Below are positions 1 through 14,297 of a stretch of DNA of 64,000 nt, piece after piece. The DNA comes from the human T2T-CHM13v2.0 reference genome, Homo sapiens. The stretch lies in assembly GCF_009914755.1 (NCBI RefSeq), contig NC_060932.1; one strand, written 5' to 3'. A program made the translations under genes and the position numbers. Each line of letters opens with the position of its first letter. Within the stretch, counting starts at the first letter, position 1. The notes under the pieces were generated by a model that worked only from the letters and a program-made list of their open reading frames with translations, was not told the origin of the DNA and did not search any database.

Positions 1-1867
1 ACCAAGTTGTGAATGCTGAGGTAAAGTTCTTGAAGGAAGTTTAAAGTGCTACTTCAGTGAACACTCAAAGGATAAGAAAGCAAAACAGCCTTATTGCTGA
101 TATGTAGGAGGTGTTAGTGGTCTGTATAGAAGATTAAACCAGCCACAACATTCCCTTCAATCAAAGCCTAATCTAGAATAAGGCCTTAATGCTCTTCAAC
201 CCTGCGAAGCCTGAGAGAGATGAGAAAGCTGCAAAAGAAAAATTGAAATCTAGCAGAGATTTGTTCATGAGGCTTAAGGAAAGAAGCCATCTCCATAACA
301 TAGAAGTGCAAAGTGAAGCAGCAAGTCCTGCTGGAGAAGCTGCAGCAAGTTATCCAGAAGATATAGCTAAGATCACTGATAAAGGTGGCTACACTAAACA
401 ACAGATTTTTAATGTAGATGAAACAGCCACATATTGAAAGAAGATGCCATGTAGGACTTTCATAACTAGAGAAGAGAAGTCAAAGCCTGGCTTCAAAGCT
501 CCAAAGGATAGGCTGACTCTCGTAGTAGGGGCTAATGCTGCTGGTGACTTTAGGTTGAAGCCAATGCTTATTTATTTACCATTTCAAAAAATTCCAGGGC
601 CCTTAAGAATTAAACTAAATCTATTCTGCATGTGCTGTAGAAATAAAACAACAAAGCCTGCATGACAGTACATCTGTTTACAGCAAGGTTTACTGAATAT
701 GTTAAGCCCACTGTTGAGACACACTGCTACGGAAACAAAGAAGATTCAAAGTATTATCATTCATTGACAATGTACCTAGTCATCCCAAAGCTCTAAAGAA
801 GATGTAGAAAGAAATAAACGTTTTCTTGCCTGCTAATACAATATTCATTCTGCAGCTCATGGATCAAGGAGTAATTTTGACTTTCAAGTCTTATTATTTA
901 AGAAATACATTTTGTACAGCTCTAGCTGCCACAGATAGTGATTCTTCCAATGGATTTGGGAAAAGTAAATTGAAAACCTTCTTGAAAGGATTTGTCATTT
1001 AGATGCCCTTAAGAACATCTGTGATTCACAGTAGGTCCAAATATCATTAACAGGAGCTTGGAAGTTGATTACAAGCCTCCTCATAGAAGACTTTGAGGAG
1101 TTCAAGACCTCAGTGGAGGAGGTAAGTGTAGATGTGGTAGAAATAGCCAGAGAACTAGAATTAGAAGATTAGAAGTGGAGCCTGAAGATGTGACTGAATT
1201 TGCTGCAATCTCACTATAAAACAAATGAATGAAGACTTGCTTCTTATGGATGAACAGAGAATGGTTTATTGAGACGGAATCTACTCCTGGTGAAGATGCT
1301 GTAAACATTATTGAAATGACAACAAAGGATCTGTCAAAAGAAATGATTTAGAATATTCTATAAACTTAATTGATAAAGCAGTGGCAGGGTTTGAGCAGAT
1401 TGACTTCAATTTTGAAACAAGTCTATGATGGGTAAAATGCTATCAAACAGCATTACATGCTACAGAGAAATATTTAGTAAAAGGAAAAGTCAATTGATGA
1501 GGCAAAGTGTATTGTTGTCTTATTTTAAGAGGTTCCACAGCCACTCCAATCTTCAGCAACCACCACCCTACTCAGTCATCAGCCATCAACATTGAGATGA
1601 GAACTTCCAGGAGCAAAAAGATTACCATTTGCTGAAGGCTCAGATGATCATTAGCATTTTTAGTAACAAACTATTCTTAAAAAAAGGCATGCACATTTTT
1701 TTAGACATAATGCTATTGCACAGTTAATAGGCTATAGTACAGTGTAAAGACAACTTTTATATGTGCTGAGAAGCCAAAAAGTTTGGACTTACTTTATTGC
1801 AATATTCACTTTGTTGTAGGGATCTGGAATCTGGAACCATACCTACAACGTCTCCAAGGTATGTCTA
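1..1867 (+). mobile_element. Tigger1 (TcMar-Tigger) DNA transposon, 3' portion, with a dead transposase
   Basis: ORF fragments 189-437 and 444-665 carry pogo/Tigger transposase motifs ([14 protein letters not shown]; [27 protein letters not shown]) broken by stops and frameshifts. It ends in the TIR-like ...TCTCCAAGGTATGTCTA followed by TA at 1868-1869. The 5' end lies outside the window. Confidence 0.95.
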
Positions 1868-3849
1868 TATGAGGGACTCATGTGGATAGGTAAGTGTGTG
1901 TGGTTACCTGTATCAAGTACAGAAGACAAATAAGCATGTGTTTCCCTCCAGAGTTCCTGGTACTTGCAAGTTGATGGTTACCCTGGAGGGCTGAACAGGG
2001 TTGGACAGCAGGCAGGCACTAGGGATGGAAGCAGCTACCTGCAATATGTTCTTTTGGAGTATAATGAGGCCCTTTCCTATTTGCTGTGCTATGTTCCCAG
2101 AGCATAAAGTAAGCTGCCAGAATAGCCCAATCTCAAGGTGGAATATGGCAGTCACCAACAAGAGCAGCCTGGTCTTCATCATAGCATTTGCCCAGCTACG
2201 TTAATTAGATAATTTGTTTTCACCGTAATGAAGTGAGGCCAGTGACCATAACTAACTTGTGTGCATTGAACTGAAGAAGCCTCTTTCAATAATTTACTTG
2301 GGAAATAACAATGAGCAAGGAGCACAAAGCATTCACAAAAAGATAGAATAAGAATAGCAGACTTTGCGATCTCCAGCGTGGCTGTTCCTCTGCTTCTTAC
2401 TCTTCAGGAATATACAATATCCCCCTAAGTTGAAGATGCAAGGTCAGGATGTGGCTGTTCCTTCCTGGCTTTAAGAGCTAAGGATCTATGGTGTTTCATG
2501 CACCTTGTTGAAAGGTGAATTTGCAGTGGGATGAAAAATGAATTTCATCTTATGTGCCATCCTTGGTACCTGCCTGGAACACTGCTGAGAAGGGGTCCTA
2601 GGCTGGTTCCAGGCTCAGCAGGAAAGAGTGCCTGGTCAATGGATTAACAGCACCCACCCCAAGCCCAGGGCATCTGTGCCTGTTTGCCTGTTCACAGGGC
2701 CTCAGCAGAAGGTGCTCAAGGTCACTATTACTATACTAAAACTCGCCTTTACATTGAAGATGATGCTACCAAGAATGTTTCACAAAGACAGTGAGTGTTT
2801 GTCACATGTACAATTAGTCAATGAATTATTATTTGCAGTGAGTTATATCTAAATCTAGTTCCTTCACATTGGTAGGAAATTCTTTATTTTCTCTGTAAAT
2901 AGCCAAATCCTGGGAAACAAATGATACTATACTAAGACAATCTAAGTCAAAATAAATATTAGGCATTTCCAAAGGCATATTCCTTGGCATACTTCCTAGA
3001 ATGGTTCTCATGAATGATAATGTTAGTTTCATGATTAAGAAAATTCTTTGAAACCCAGTTGCCCCCATTTCAAGAGTTTCCATTGTTAATTTATATTGGA
3101 AACCACAGTACCTAGCACACATCTTTTATAATGATCTTTAAAATGAGTTCTTTAGGTGTATGGCTGATTTCTAGATGAATATATTTTCATTTTTTCTTCT
3201 CTTGCTCCTTGATACTTGAGCCTGGACATCTAACTCACACTAATGTGAATGTAATCCTAAGGTGAACTCATTCAATGTTAAAATGAGGTGATACTGACAT
3301 GCTTTCAATGAGGCATCAGATCTTTGATCATCACTGTAAGGTCCCTAAAGGAAAGTTCCTTAATCACATTGGCCCATTATCTTTATTAAGAGGCTCTGGG
3401 CACCACTACCTTCAAACAAGCTCTGAGAAATAGGATCTGACTTCTGGGGATCAGTAATGTCAGTAAATGTCAAACTGTTCCCTTTCTCCTAATCTCACCT
3501 ACATGATGATGATTTAATTATGAAACACACCTTGGGCTTTTCAGTCTAGATTTTTATATATTTATTTTGCATGGAGAGTAGTGTTTCCTTATGATACCAA
3601 AAAAATATGCAAATAGAAGGACATAAAATATATAGGAGAAGTAAAGCCATTAAAAATATCTGTTAGCCAATAAACTGATAAAAAAGATCTCAATACAACT
3701 TCTGTTTCAGCCTTCTGATGTGTTGAGATAAGAAAGGAAAAAAGAAAGAGCTAAGGAAGGCATAAAGGCAAGTAGGGAACCAGGAAAGGAGTAAGGGAAC
3801 AGACAGGAAGGAACAAATGACAAAGGAAAAAAGGTCAAACGTGATTTAC

Positions 3850-4058
3850 TTATTTATTTAACAGACACGTAGAAACTTACTCCGTGCACCTTAAAAAAAT
3901 TAACTCATTGAATCCTCCTAAGAAATTAACAGGTAGGGCTGATTATCATCCCCGTGTTACAGACAAACTGAGGCACACAGGGAACAAGCGTTTTGAGTAT
4001 TTTGCCCAAGGTCATACAGCTAGTAAATGGTAGAACTTGAGTTTTAATACAGGCAGTT
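3850..4058 (-). mobile_element. MIR SINE
   Basis: MIR core in antisense: ACTGAGGCAC...TTGCCCAAGGTCATACAGCTAGTAAATGGTAGA. Confidence 0.85.
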
Positions 4059-5461
4059 CATTGAAAATAAATCACTTCCTTTATAAATAAAAAGCATTAA
4101 ATCAACACATTTTTGAAGCGTATAATCTAGAGCAAAACTATAATGAACATAATAATAGTCTTCTAGTAAAAATAAATTTTGTAAATGTAAGTGATTTTTT
4201 TATGATCTGACATGAGAAAAACCATTATAAGTTTTACCAATACCACTTTTTCAGCTACTTTCGTTCCTAATCAGCATGATGCTTGTAAGTGTTATCAATA
4301 GTGATCTTTAAATGCTTCAAATTTGAAATTTTAAATGTTTCAAATTTTAACTTGGAAGACTAACACTCTGTTATACATAAAAAGATGGGAATTATAAGAA
4401 AAAATGCACAAAGCACTTTCAGACAAACATGGGTTTATGCTACGGCATTTAAAAACCCCTTTTTAAAGTTTTCATTTTTTAACTTTTACTTTTTGATAAT
4501 CTTAAGTAAAACAATAAGTTCATTGCCCTTCGATTTTGCACTTCCTGTGCATTTGTTCTAATGCTATTTTCATCCCTTGGAATTAGTCAGATTGGATTAC
4601 AAAAGGCTAGCACTTTACCAACTGTGCTTAGCCCTTGAAATCTTGAATCTTTCTGGCTAGTCTGTCAATTACATGATTAAACCTGATAAACTACATGCAA
4701 TTCCACACAAAACTGAAGATCAGAGAACTCTCCGATTGGCTCTAAATATATTGGCAAAGTGGAGCAAATGAAAAAAAAATTAATTTTGTCTGATCAAATA
4801 AAAAATATTGGTCAAAATAGTTCCTTGATGTAAGAAACACGATTTGAAAATCAATTTTGGTGGATTATAAATTAATAAGTGATTCTAACAAAGATTTTCT
4901 CAGGCATTCTGCTAAGAAAGCAGACCAAAATCAAACATCTATCAACTGTTAGAGCTGACAGGAGCTTCGGAATGAATCATTTGGCTAAAAAGCTGGCCAA
5001 GATCACTGGAAGTCCCAATAAAGTAGCAAATTAATCACAGAATCCTTTGTACACTGTAACAATCCACATGTTCTCTAGTCTACTTCAATAGAGCCATTGG
5101 CCACAAATGTGTGAAAAGTGTGATTTAACTACATGGAAAAGTCTAATTTGCACAGAGCAGATTTGACAAGAGCAATGATCCACCATACTTCGCCTGAGCT
5201 ATGGTTATATCTACCTTGATCTTGGAGTTGACCACTAACCAGGGCTTATGCAGGGAGGGCATCTATATACTAAGGACAAAGTAATTTTCTCTATATAAAT
5301 ATGTTAGAATATTTAAGAAATTTCATGTCATTGTCCTCACGGTTCAGTGTCCTTTTAAAATATGTGCACCGGTATCATATTGTTAAGAAAATAGAGACTA
5401 AATTAAATTACGCAATTTTAAATTAAAATAAAAACTGAATTTTGATCTTAACCGGCAAGTG

Positions 5462-5593
5462 TGTCCATTTATTAATGATGTCAGCTGGTCTTTAAATGTG
5501 TCTATCAGCCTATTCATTGGTCATTCTACCCACATGCAATCTTGTTCATTTACTAATGATTTCAGCTGCTCTGTAAATGTGTCTGCCTATTCA
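5462..5593. repeat. Diverged direct duplication (~51-55 bp units, 81 bp apart)
   Basis: 5462-5516 vs 5543-5593 differ by 5 substitutions and one 4-bp indel. Confidence 0.85.
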
Positions 5594-6857
5594 ATCCTTA
5601 TGAACAATACCTTTGATCACTTAATTCACATAGGTCTTTGGAGAGAACAAGCCCTGCTACTGACAGTGCTTCTGCCTAAATCACCCCAAGCCTTCGTTAA
5701 ATTGACCCTTTTATGTTTAAAGTTGAATCTTCTCCCTATACCCAAATTGCGAAACATGATTTCCCTGGTGCTTTGCACTTCACAATCTACATTTATAGTA
5801 ATGCCTCAGAGACAGTCTGGCATTCTGCAGCTTCCTCACAATAATGAAAGCAAAACTGAGACTGCACACCCCAAACTCCGGAGCAGCATTATCAACAAAC
5901 CTTGCTAGGATCGTAACTTCCAGAGGTGAGGGGAGGCTGGAGACAAACCATAGTCACACGAGACAGACAAGTATCTTCCTCACAAGGCTGCATCACAAGA
6001 AGAAAACTTCCCATTAAATGCATGATGTAAGCAAGTTTGGAGACACAATGAGTGGTATATGCTATCGATCTATTTCCTGCACGCTGAACACTTGTTGGAT
6101 CAAGTAGAAAAAATAACTGTTAAGTTATTCACTATTTTTCATGTGGCTATGATACATTCTTATATGTTTATGCAGAAGCAATAAAATCACTTGTTGAGGA
6201 AGACAAACATTCAGTGTTTTCCACACCAGGAATTATTTCTATCAAAAGTTTCCTTGGAAGCGTATTTCTCATTAAATTGGCACATTCCTAAAGCACAACC
6301 TTCTCTTTACCAAGATACTGTTCCTCTTGTTTAAAGTACTGATCTCAAAACTTCTCAGTAATACCATTTAAACCACTGCCACTAATCAAAGTCCAGCTGC
6401 AAATGTGAAGCATTTACATTGGCTGAGAAAATACGTTTTGTGAAATTTTGTAACAAAGCACTGACATTAAATAAACATGACATGTTTTCAAGCAAGCATG
6501 CCTTTTTATTTATAATTTTTCATATTTTTAATGTGTCCTGGTGTTAACTTTGTCTAAAAATCTGCTAGAGTTCATGAACACTGAAGCCTTGGGGTATATA
6601 AGAGGTTCATTAGCTTCTTATAATTTTTATCCTTTAAAAAACCTGAATAAATCATTTATTTATTTTAAATCACTACTAAATTATCAATATAGCTATTTCA
6701 TTTTCAATAAATCCCTTGCCAAAAGACAAAATCCCATGTACTAGTAAATAACTGAATAAACAAAAGCAGAGCATGCTGTAATTTTTACTGCTACTATAAT
6801 CAACACAAAGGCAACAAGAAATTATTCTACAGTATCACTCTAGCCAAAACATTTTAG

Positions 6858-7213
<356 letters not shown>

Positions 7214-8658
7214 TTGTATCTGCCTTTATGTCTATCTATAGGTACTGGGAAATTGACAGTGTTTCTCAGCACCTTTCCAAATATTTCTGTCCTCCTAACA
7301 AAGAGTAAAAGTCCTGGTATAGATCAATGATGAGTATCATAGAAATAAACAGAACACTCAGAAATTGCTTTTAAAAATGAGTGTTTCAGGTTAACATCAA
7401 TCACATTGCTTTGTTTTGTTTTTGTTTTGTCATCATTCATATATTCTCAGCACAAGCTTGCCCTGAGCATGAAATTCTTTTAGAAAAAAGCCCTGGGGTA
7501 GGTGTTGACCCACTGACATTAATGAGAACTCCGTATTCTGAGAAAATGCACTGCCGAGGGAAAGGAGATGAGAACTTGGCCACAGATCACATCAAAAGAG
7601 TTTAGCCAAAGATTTATGCAAAGAAATTTTATTCTAGAGTTGGCCGTGCTCTATAGCGAAAGCCAAGCTTTTAGTGTGCTGTATTGGGAGTCTGGCTTCT
7701 TTCAAACTACAAAATGAGCAAAATCAACTCTCTTTACATTTCGAAAGGAAATAGCACTCACACTGACAACATAGGCATTATTTGAGTCCAAAGTTCATTT
7801 TAAATAAATATATATGGTTAAACAAAATGATCTGCCTTAAGTCAACAGAATTATGACTTGCGCCAGGAGAAAATAAAGGAAAGCAGCTGAGGCTGAAAAG
7901 CCCAGGCTGGCGTTTGGGTGGGAGGTATGCCTGTGAATGCCGAGCCTTGACAGTTCGCTCCGACCAGTTATGTAATCCAGAATACAGCCCGCGTGGAAAA
8001 AAAAAAGAGAGAGAGAGAGAGACTGGTAATAAATAATGGCTTAGCAGGTCTGCAGTTAACAGAAAGGAACATTTAATTAAATAGTAAATACTTGGGAATA
8101 CAGATTTGGCTTAACATTAAACACAGATCAGGTAGCAAGTAATTGGAACAAATGTGTGGGATTTTGCATATTTGGCTTTTTAAAGCTTATTCTTACCTTA
8201 TAAATATTTTTCTCACTTGACGTAAAATATATTAAATAAATCTGGTAATTGGAAAGATCCCATTTTGCCATTCAACTGTAAACCCAGTAGTCTGAAATAG
8301 GCTTTCCCTCAAAAAAAAAAAAAAAATCCAAGGAGAAGGATACAAGTGCCCAACATACTCCACAGATGTCCCTCCATTCCGAAGCTACCAAGACCTAAAA
8401 TGTCAACATTTCATAATTAAAAGGAAATAGTCCCTCTGCATCCTCATTAACTATAGCAACTTTTGAAAAATGACATTTCCTACCAAATCAGCTCCAATTT
8501 ATTTTTTGTCTTTTGTGGGATACTGCAAACTCATTTAGCAAGTCAGTTTTGTTACTATAGTGACAGACTCAACCTATTTAAACTCACACGGAGGTTTTCC
8601 CATGGTTTGCTGTATTTGGGAGCAGCCTCAATGTTTGCACGAGGCAAAACCTTCCTTA

Positions 8659-9015
<357 letters not shown>

Positions 9016-11079
9016 CTATCTGTGAGAGAGAGTACATTTAAAAAGAGATTTCAGATTCACTCTTCCCACTAGATAGTTCACGTTGTTTTTGAATTCAACC
9101 TGATTCTCACCACCCACCCCGCCCCAGGGCAGTGGTTCTCAGGAGGAAGATGGTGGACACTGGTTTTGTATCAGAAAAAACTGACTGACGGTGGGGGCAC
9201 AGGAGATGGGGGACACATGTTCAAATAACATTGCTTTCCAGAAATCTTATTTTGCATGTTCACTCACCCCTGTTGCTTTTGAAGCAACTTTTCCTGAAGG
9301 AAGTGTACCAGGTCTCAGGTGTCTTGGTGTGAGCCAAGAAGATGGGAACAGAATTCGATTCCAGGGATGGACAGGGAACTATGCTTGCAGGAATCCAAGA
9401 ACTCAGCATTCCAGGTGTGAAAGAGTGGATTATGTGCTATCTTGGCTGTGCAACTGGGAAAATGGCTTGGAGGTGGCGGACTGGGAACTGATTTAAGAAA
9501 GTGAAAACCTAGTCCGTAGTGGACAATGAAGCTATAAATTGTATGGATAAGACTTGGGTTTTAAGTCACTGGTTTCGTTTTTCATGCTGCCCTGCTTTAT
9601 GTAAATGCTTAGCACGAATAACAAACTGTCCATTCATTTTAAATGTTATTATTTCTAAATGAAAGATGTTGTGGAAAACTTGGAGAAGTGAAGGTAAAAG
9701 GGGAAGAGAGAAGGGTGAAGGGAAAAATGAGTTTCCATGGTTTTTATTCTGCTTTCTCATCACATGTCCATGTCTGGAGTCTAGATACTTTTTCTTATTT
9801 TCTTTCTGGAAAGGGCAGTTAGCTTCTGACACAGTTAGTACCTTCCCTTCTTCCGTATCCCTCTGAAACTCTTCTTTTGCCATGAAAGCTTTTTACACGT
9901 ATGCTCCTTTAATGGTTTTTATAATAAAAGAATAGTTGTTTTTGAAAGCCACAGCAAGCATCCCATGTTTTCATCTACAGGATTTGGGATTATGGCCGTC
10001 CATGGGCACTGTCTTAATTATTTCTTAAGACATTGAGGCAAGAAAGTGTCAGTGATTCCACAGCACAGCTATGTTCTTGATATTATCTAAAAATAAAAAC
10101 TACAGTATCTTTACATGTGTATGATTTTGCTTTTAGGTTCTTATGTTACAGAATTCTGGATCTGAAATTGGCTTTCAATACCTTGAGGTTAAGAATTTCC
10201 AGAAAACATTCATCATATTTTTTTGAGATTCTAATTTGTTTAAAAATTATTTAAGAGCTAACGCTTCACTAGCAATGCATTGAGAAATGAAGAACATGCT
10301 CAGGGAATCTTTAGATACCATCTGAAATCTTGGATTTGAAAAAGTCCCTTCAAGTCAGATTTTCCTGAAAATCACTGTACCAACCTTAAAAAACGGGGAG
10401 CACCAGTATTTCAAGAACCCTCTAGAGAAAGGGAATCTGAATTACAAAATCCTCAGATAACACAATTATTTATAAGCTGAATGAGGAGAAGGCGCAAAAT
10501 GATAGCTATTCAATGTCAAAAGAAATATTTTATTAAAAGAAAAACAGAAAGAAAAGAAACAGAATATGAAAAATAGACAGTCTGGATTGTTGAAATGAGA
10601 GGGACAAAGAAAACGTAGACACAAACAGGAGTAGCCCAAACAATGAAAAGCAGCCTTGAGACAGAGGCTCAAGATTGACATTACTTGGTGTTTTGTAGTT
10701 GCTGTATTGCAATAGCATCATACAAGGGGGTATGTGTGACTCATGAACATATTTCTCATTTTACAAGTGACAATCTTGTATTGGTCTACCATTCAGAGGT
10801 CCTGTATTTTTTTTATCCAATAAAATCTCTTTTTCTTATGAGTTTGCAAAACAAAAATAAAGAAGATTTCATTGAATAAATACTTAAATTCTACTTATTT
10901 ATTTCAAATCACAATTTGATATTTTCATGCTTTCTATGAGAAGTGGCTGAGGAATAAATGGTTTAATCCCAAAGGGGTAAAGACTGCTAATTCTGTCGAG
11001 AAAAATGTAAGCTCAGTGTCTTAGTCTGGGCTCCCCACAAATAGAGAAAAGTGCTTGGATGCAGGTAGTTTACAAGAAA

Positions 11080-11505
11080 GGCATGGAAACAACCTAAGTG
11101 TCTGCCCATAGGTGAATGGATAAAGAAAATGTGGAATTGGAATTTTACAATGGCATTTTCAATGGAACACTATTTAACCTTAAAAAAGAAGGAAATCTTG
11201 CCATTGTGACAACGTGGGTGAACCTGCAGGACAGAATGCTAAGTAAAACAAGCTAGACACACAAAGACAAATAATGCATGACCTCACTTATATGTGGAAT
11301 CTAAATAGTTGAATAGAGAGTAGTGTTGGTTACCAGAGCTTGGGTGTGGGGAAAATGAAGAGCTGTTGGTCAAAGGGTACAAACTTGCAGTTATAAGAGG
11401 AATAAGTTGTGGAGATCTAATGCAAAATTTGGTAACTGTAGTTAAATAGTAACAATGTGTTATATACCTGAAATTTGCCAAGACAATACATCTTAACTAT
11501 TCTTA

Positions 11506-11548
<43 letters not shown>

Positions 11549-11685
11549 TGTGAGGTGATGGATGTGTTAATTAGCTTGATTGTGGTAATTTCATAATGTA
11601 CAGATATATTAAAACATCACAGTACACACCTTGAATGTATATAATTTTTATTTGTTAACTATATCTCAACAAAGTTGGAAAAAAT
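11080..11685 (+). mobile_element. L1 3' end (L1MA9-like)
   Basis: GGAAACAACCTAAGTGTC...GGATAAAGAAAATGTGG, GTCAAAGGGTACAAACTTGCAGTTATAAG and ACTATGTGAGGTGATGGATGTGTTAATTAGCTTGATTGTGG. Ends ...CTCAACAAAGTTGGAAAAAA. Confidence 0.9.
11511..11545. repeat. (CA)n microsatellite
   Basis: GCGCACACAC... run seen directly, inside the L1 3' end. Confidence 0.95.
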
Positions 11686-11926
11686 GAAAGAGAAGTGAAG
11701 GAGCAGGAAGAGCAAGATGGAGAGGGAGAAAATCCAATAAAGAGTCCACAATGTAGGTTGCAGCTGTGAGGATGTCTCTCAGAGCTGAAGGGAAAAAAAA
11801 GCACACACACACCAGCTGCCATCCGCCACTGCCTGAGAGCTGTCCCTAGGAGTATTAACTCCCTTGTGTTTCTTCTCAGCTGTGCCTGCCTGTATCTGGG
11901 GCTGAAAAGGGCTTCTGTTTCTTACC

Positions 11927-11981
11927 AAAAAAAAAAAAAAAAAAAGAAGAAGAAGAAGAAGAAGAAGAAAGAAAGAAAAAA
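11927..11981. repeat. poly(A)-(AAG)n-(AAAG)n simple repeat
   Basis: Seen directly. It is the source of the poly-K and poly-F spurious ORFs. Confidence 0.95.
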
Positions 11982-12125
11982 TCCTAAGGCAGAAAAACAG
12001 AGAGAGGAACAGAGGGTGATTGAGGTGGGGTGCAGGTGGCATGCACACAGATTCTTCACCACAGCCATAGTTAAAGTCAGAAGTGGGCCCAGGAGAAGAA
12101 TGGAGGACACGGAAAGCATTTGCGT

Positions 12126-14230
12126 TGGTTCATCTTCACATGGCTTGGATCTACAGAGGCCACCTGATAAACTTTGTCACCTATTCAAAGAGGTGGCCAG
12201 CATAATCCCTAACAAACACACAGTAAATAGTAGGACAAGCAAACATCCCACTGCACAGCTAGTACCAAGGTCAACACTAGACTTTGTCCTCTCCCCCTTC
12301 ACTCCCTGCTTTCTTCCCTCAGCCAGACCTTTAGCTGCTCTGGGAGCTTGCCAGATTAGATGACACTGCCTTTCACCTCTTAGGGTCTGAGTACCTTTGG
12401 TGGCTCTGGTTAGTTGCTGCAGTTGCATGTTGACTATTGTCACTGACGATGGGAGCACCAAGAGGTGATCCCACTGAACACAAGTTCTAGATTATGCCTC
12501 CCTGTCGCTGCTCCCTGTAACACCATCTCTAGCTACTCATGATGATTGTGGTTATTTCTCCTGGCTGCTCACTCCTTTCTTTGAGGGTTGCCCTACCAGG
12601 ATGAGGATCCCAAAGTGACCAGAGTTGTAATTGTAGCTTCAGGTTGGTTGATTGCTTACCCTGTCCTTGGAATCTGAGACGTCTGATCCAGCAAAACCTA
12701 AAATAGTGGAGCTGGGACTCGTAAATTCTGCAAGTGGGCTACTAAGAGTTTTAATAAAGGACACCAATTGTATTTCCACTCTTTGTTCCCAGACCCATGT
12801 TGTTGGCTATTAGAGACCAGCTATAGGAGACCACATAATGTTATTGAATATTTACTGTATATAGTCTATTTTGGAGAACAGAGCTACCTTTATAAGTGTA
12901 TCATCCTGAACTGGTTTTTTAGCTGAGCCTTTAATAAGTCACTTAATATGGATTATGGTAGAAAAAATGAGTCCCACAGTCACATGCCCTCTGTCACACT
13001 TCTACTGCTGAATAAAATGAGTCCCTGAGTCCAAGATGATGTTATTCAGGATCCCATATCAGTAAATCAGGCATTCTCAAAGCACTCTGATAATGGTACT
13101 ATTCAACAGAGCATCCAGAGGTGGTTCCTGCAATCAGTATTGTGACAGAAAGCAAGAGAACCAACAGCTCTGGAGTAAGAGTGAGGGTGTACTTCTGTAT
13201 TTCCCATACAAAAACTGCCTTTGGTAATTTCTATTCTTAGTATTAGAAAGAATATAATCATCAGATCTGTGGCCTCATACCAGGCACTAGAGGTTATCTT
13301 TATTTCAGTAAAGAAGCCATTTGCATAACAAATCTTGGCTTAAGTTTCTGTAGTCCACCATCATCCAATAAAATTCAAATGGTTTTCACAGGGAAGTGAA
13401 TTGAATGGGAATAGGATTAGGATTACTACCTTTGCAACCTTTAGTTCTCTGAGAGAGGCCTAATTTCTCTTATTAAACCCAGGAGGTAGTATTGCACCTG
13501 ATTTACTATATTTGCTGATAAAGCAGGTTCAGAAATCTCCACTTGGCTTTTTCTACTATAATCTTTTACTCCACAGGATATGGGAAAAACCTGAGGGGTC
13601 TGCCAGTTGCTAAGTGTATTTATCTCAATTATACACACAGGGAAGTAACTGAGAAAATTACCACAGAGTGAATCAATGTACCAACTGAGCCCTCTGTGAA
13701 ATGGACTTAGACCAGCAGTCCATTTATCACATGGTCTTTACAAGGCTCTCCCTAACTTTGAGCCACATTGATATTTCATGTCCCCTAGTATTAGTGTCAG
13801 CTCAAGACCTGCATTCAACAGCTCTCAAATGTCTGGGTGACTTTCTTTGCCTAGTATACTCTTACTCTAGTAAATGCCCAGAGGTCTCTTTGGAGGAGTA
13901 TAGATGTGTTTAATGTTGGTGGTGGCATTGCAGGTTTTTCCTCAAAGAAAGTCAGTCTTCCCTTTAATCTATGGGACCTGCACCTGAGAACAGCTAAGAT
14001 CTAGAAACTGAGTAAGAGATGGCTATTTTCTGATGTAATCACTAGGCACAGTGTACACATACCCTTCTCTTCTGTAGTAATGTCCTTTTCTGGTTATTAG
14101 TCAAGAAGTACCCTAGTTGGTTGTCTGTCTATCTTGCCCCTAGGAATACAATATCTATTAGCTGTCACCTCAGATTTCTAGAGGACAAGGCACTCTGGTT
14201 GGCCCTTTAGTCTTGCTGCCTATTACAAGA
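12126..14230 (-). mobile_element. ERVL (HERV16/ERV3-16A3-like) internal sequence, deleted and decayed
   Basis: Directly abuts the LTR16-like LTR. The minus strand at 13338-13364 encodes MMVDYRNLS (compare the RT motif MTVDYRKLN) and encodes PFNS near 13398-13408. Confidence 0.7.
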
Positions 14231-14297
14231 TAAACAACTTCAACATACTGATTAATTACAGCAGTTAAATTTATTCTTTTACTTGTAATTAAGCCCA

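Larger units (their letters stand above)
11017..12125 (-). mobile_element. ERVL LTR16-like LTR, split by an L1MA9 insertion and an A/AAG microsatellite
   Basis: Starts TGTCTTAGTCTGGGCTCCCC...GGATGCAGGTAGTTTA. It resumes after 11686 with GAAAATCCAATAAAG...TATTAACTCCC...GTGGGCCCAGG, which matches my recall of the LTR16 antisense strand. Confidence 0.7.

Noticed and set aside
189-665. ORFs with transposase motifs, as a possible domesticated TIGD-like gene
   Set aside because: Multiple stops and frameshifts within an ordinary decayed Tigger1 copy.
1913-2182. 89-aa minus-strand ORF with a signal-peptide-like N-terminus (MMKTRLLLLVTAIF)
   Set aside because: No recognisable family, promoter or exon context. 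ORFs of this length are expected by chance in 64 kb.
5459-5908. 149-aa ORF in unique DNA
   Set aside because: GTG start, no recognisable domain, and partly made by the local duplication; no splice support.
11866-12363. Longest ORF (165 aa) with poly-lysine
   Set aside because: Runs through the A/AAG microsatellite and LTR16/ERVL sequence.
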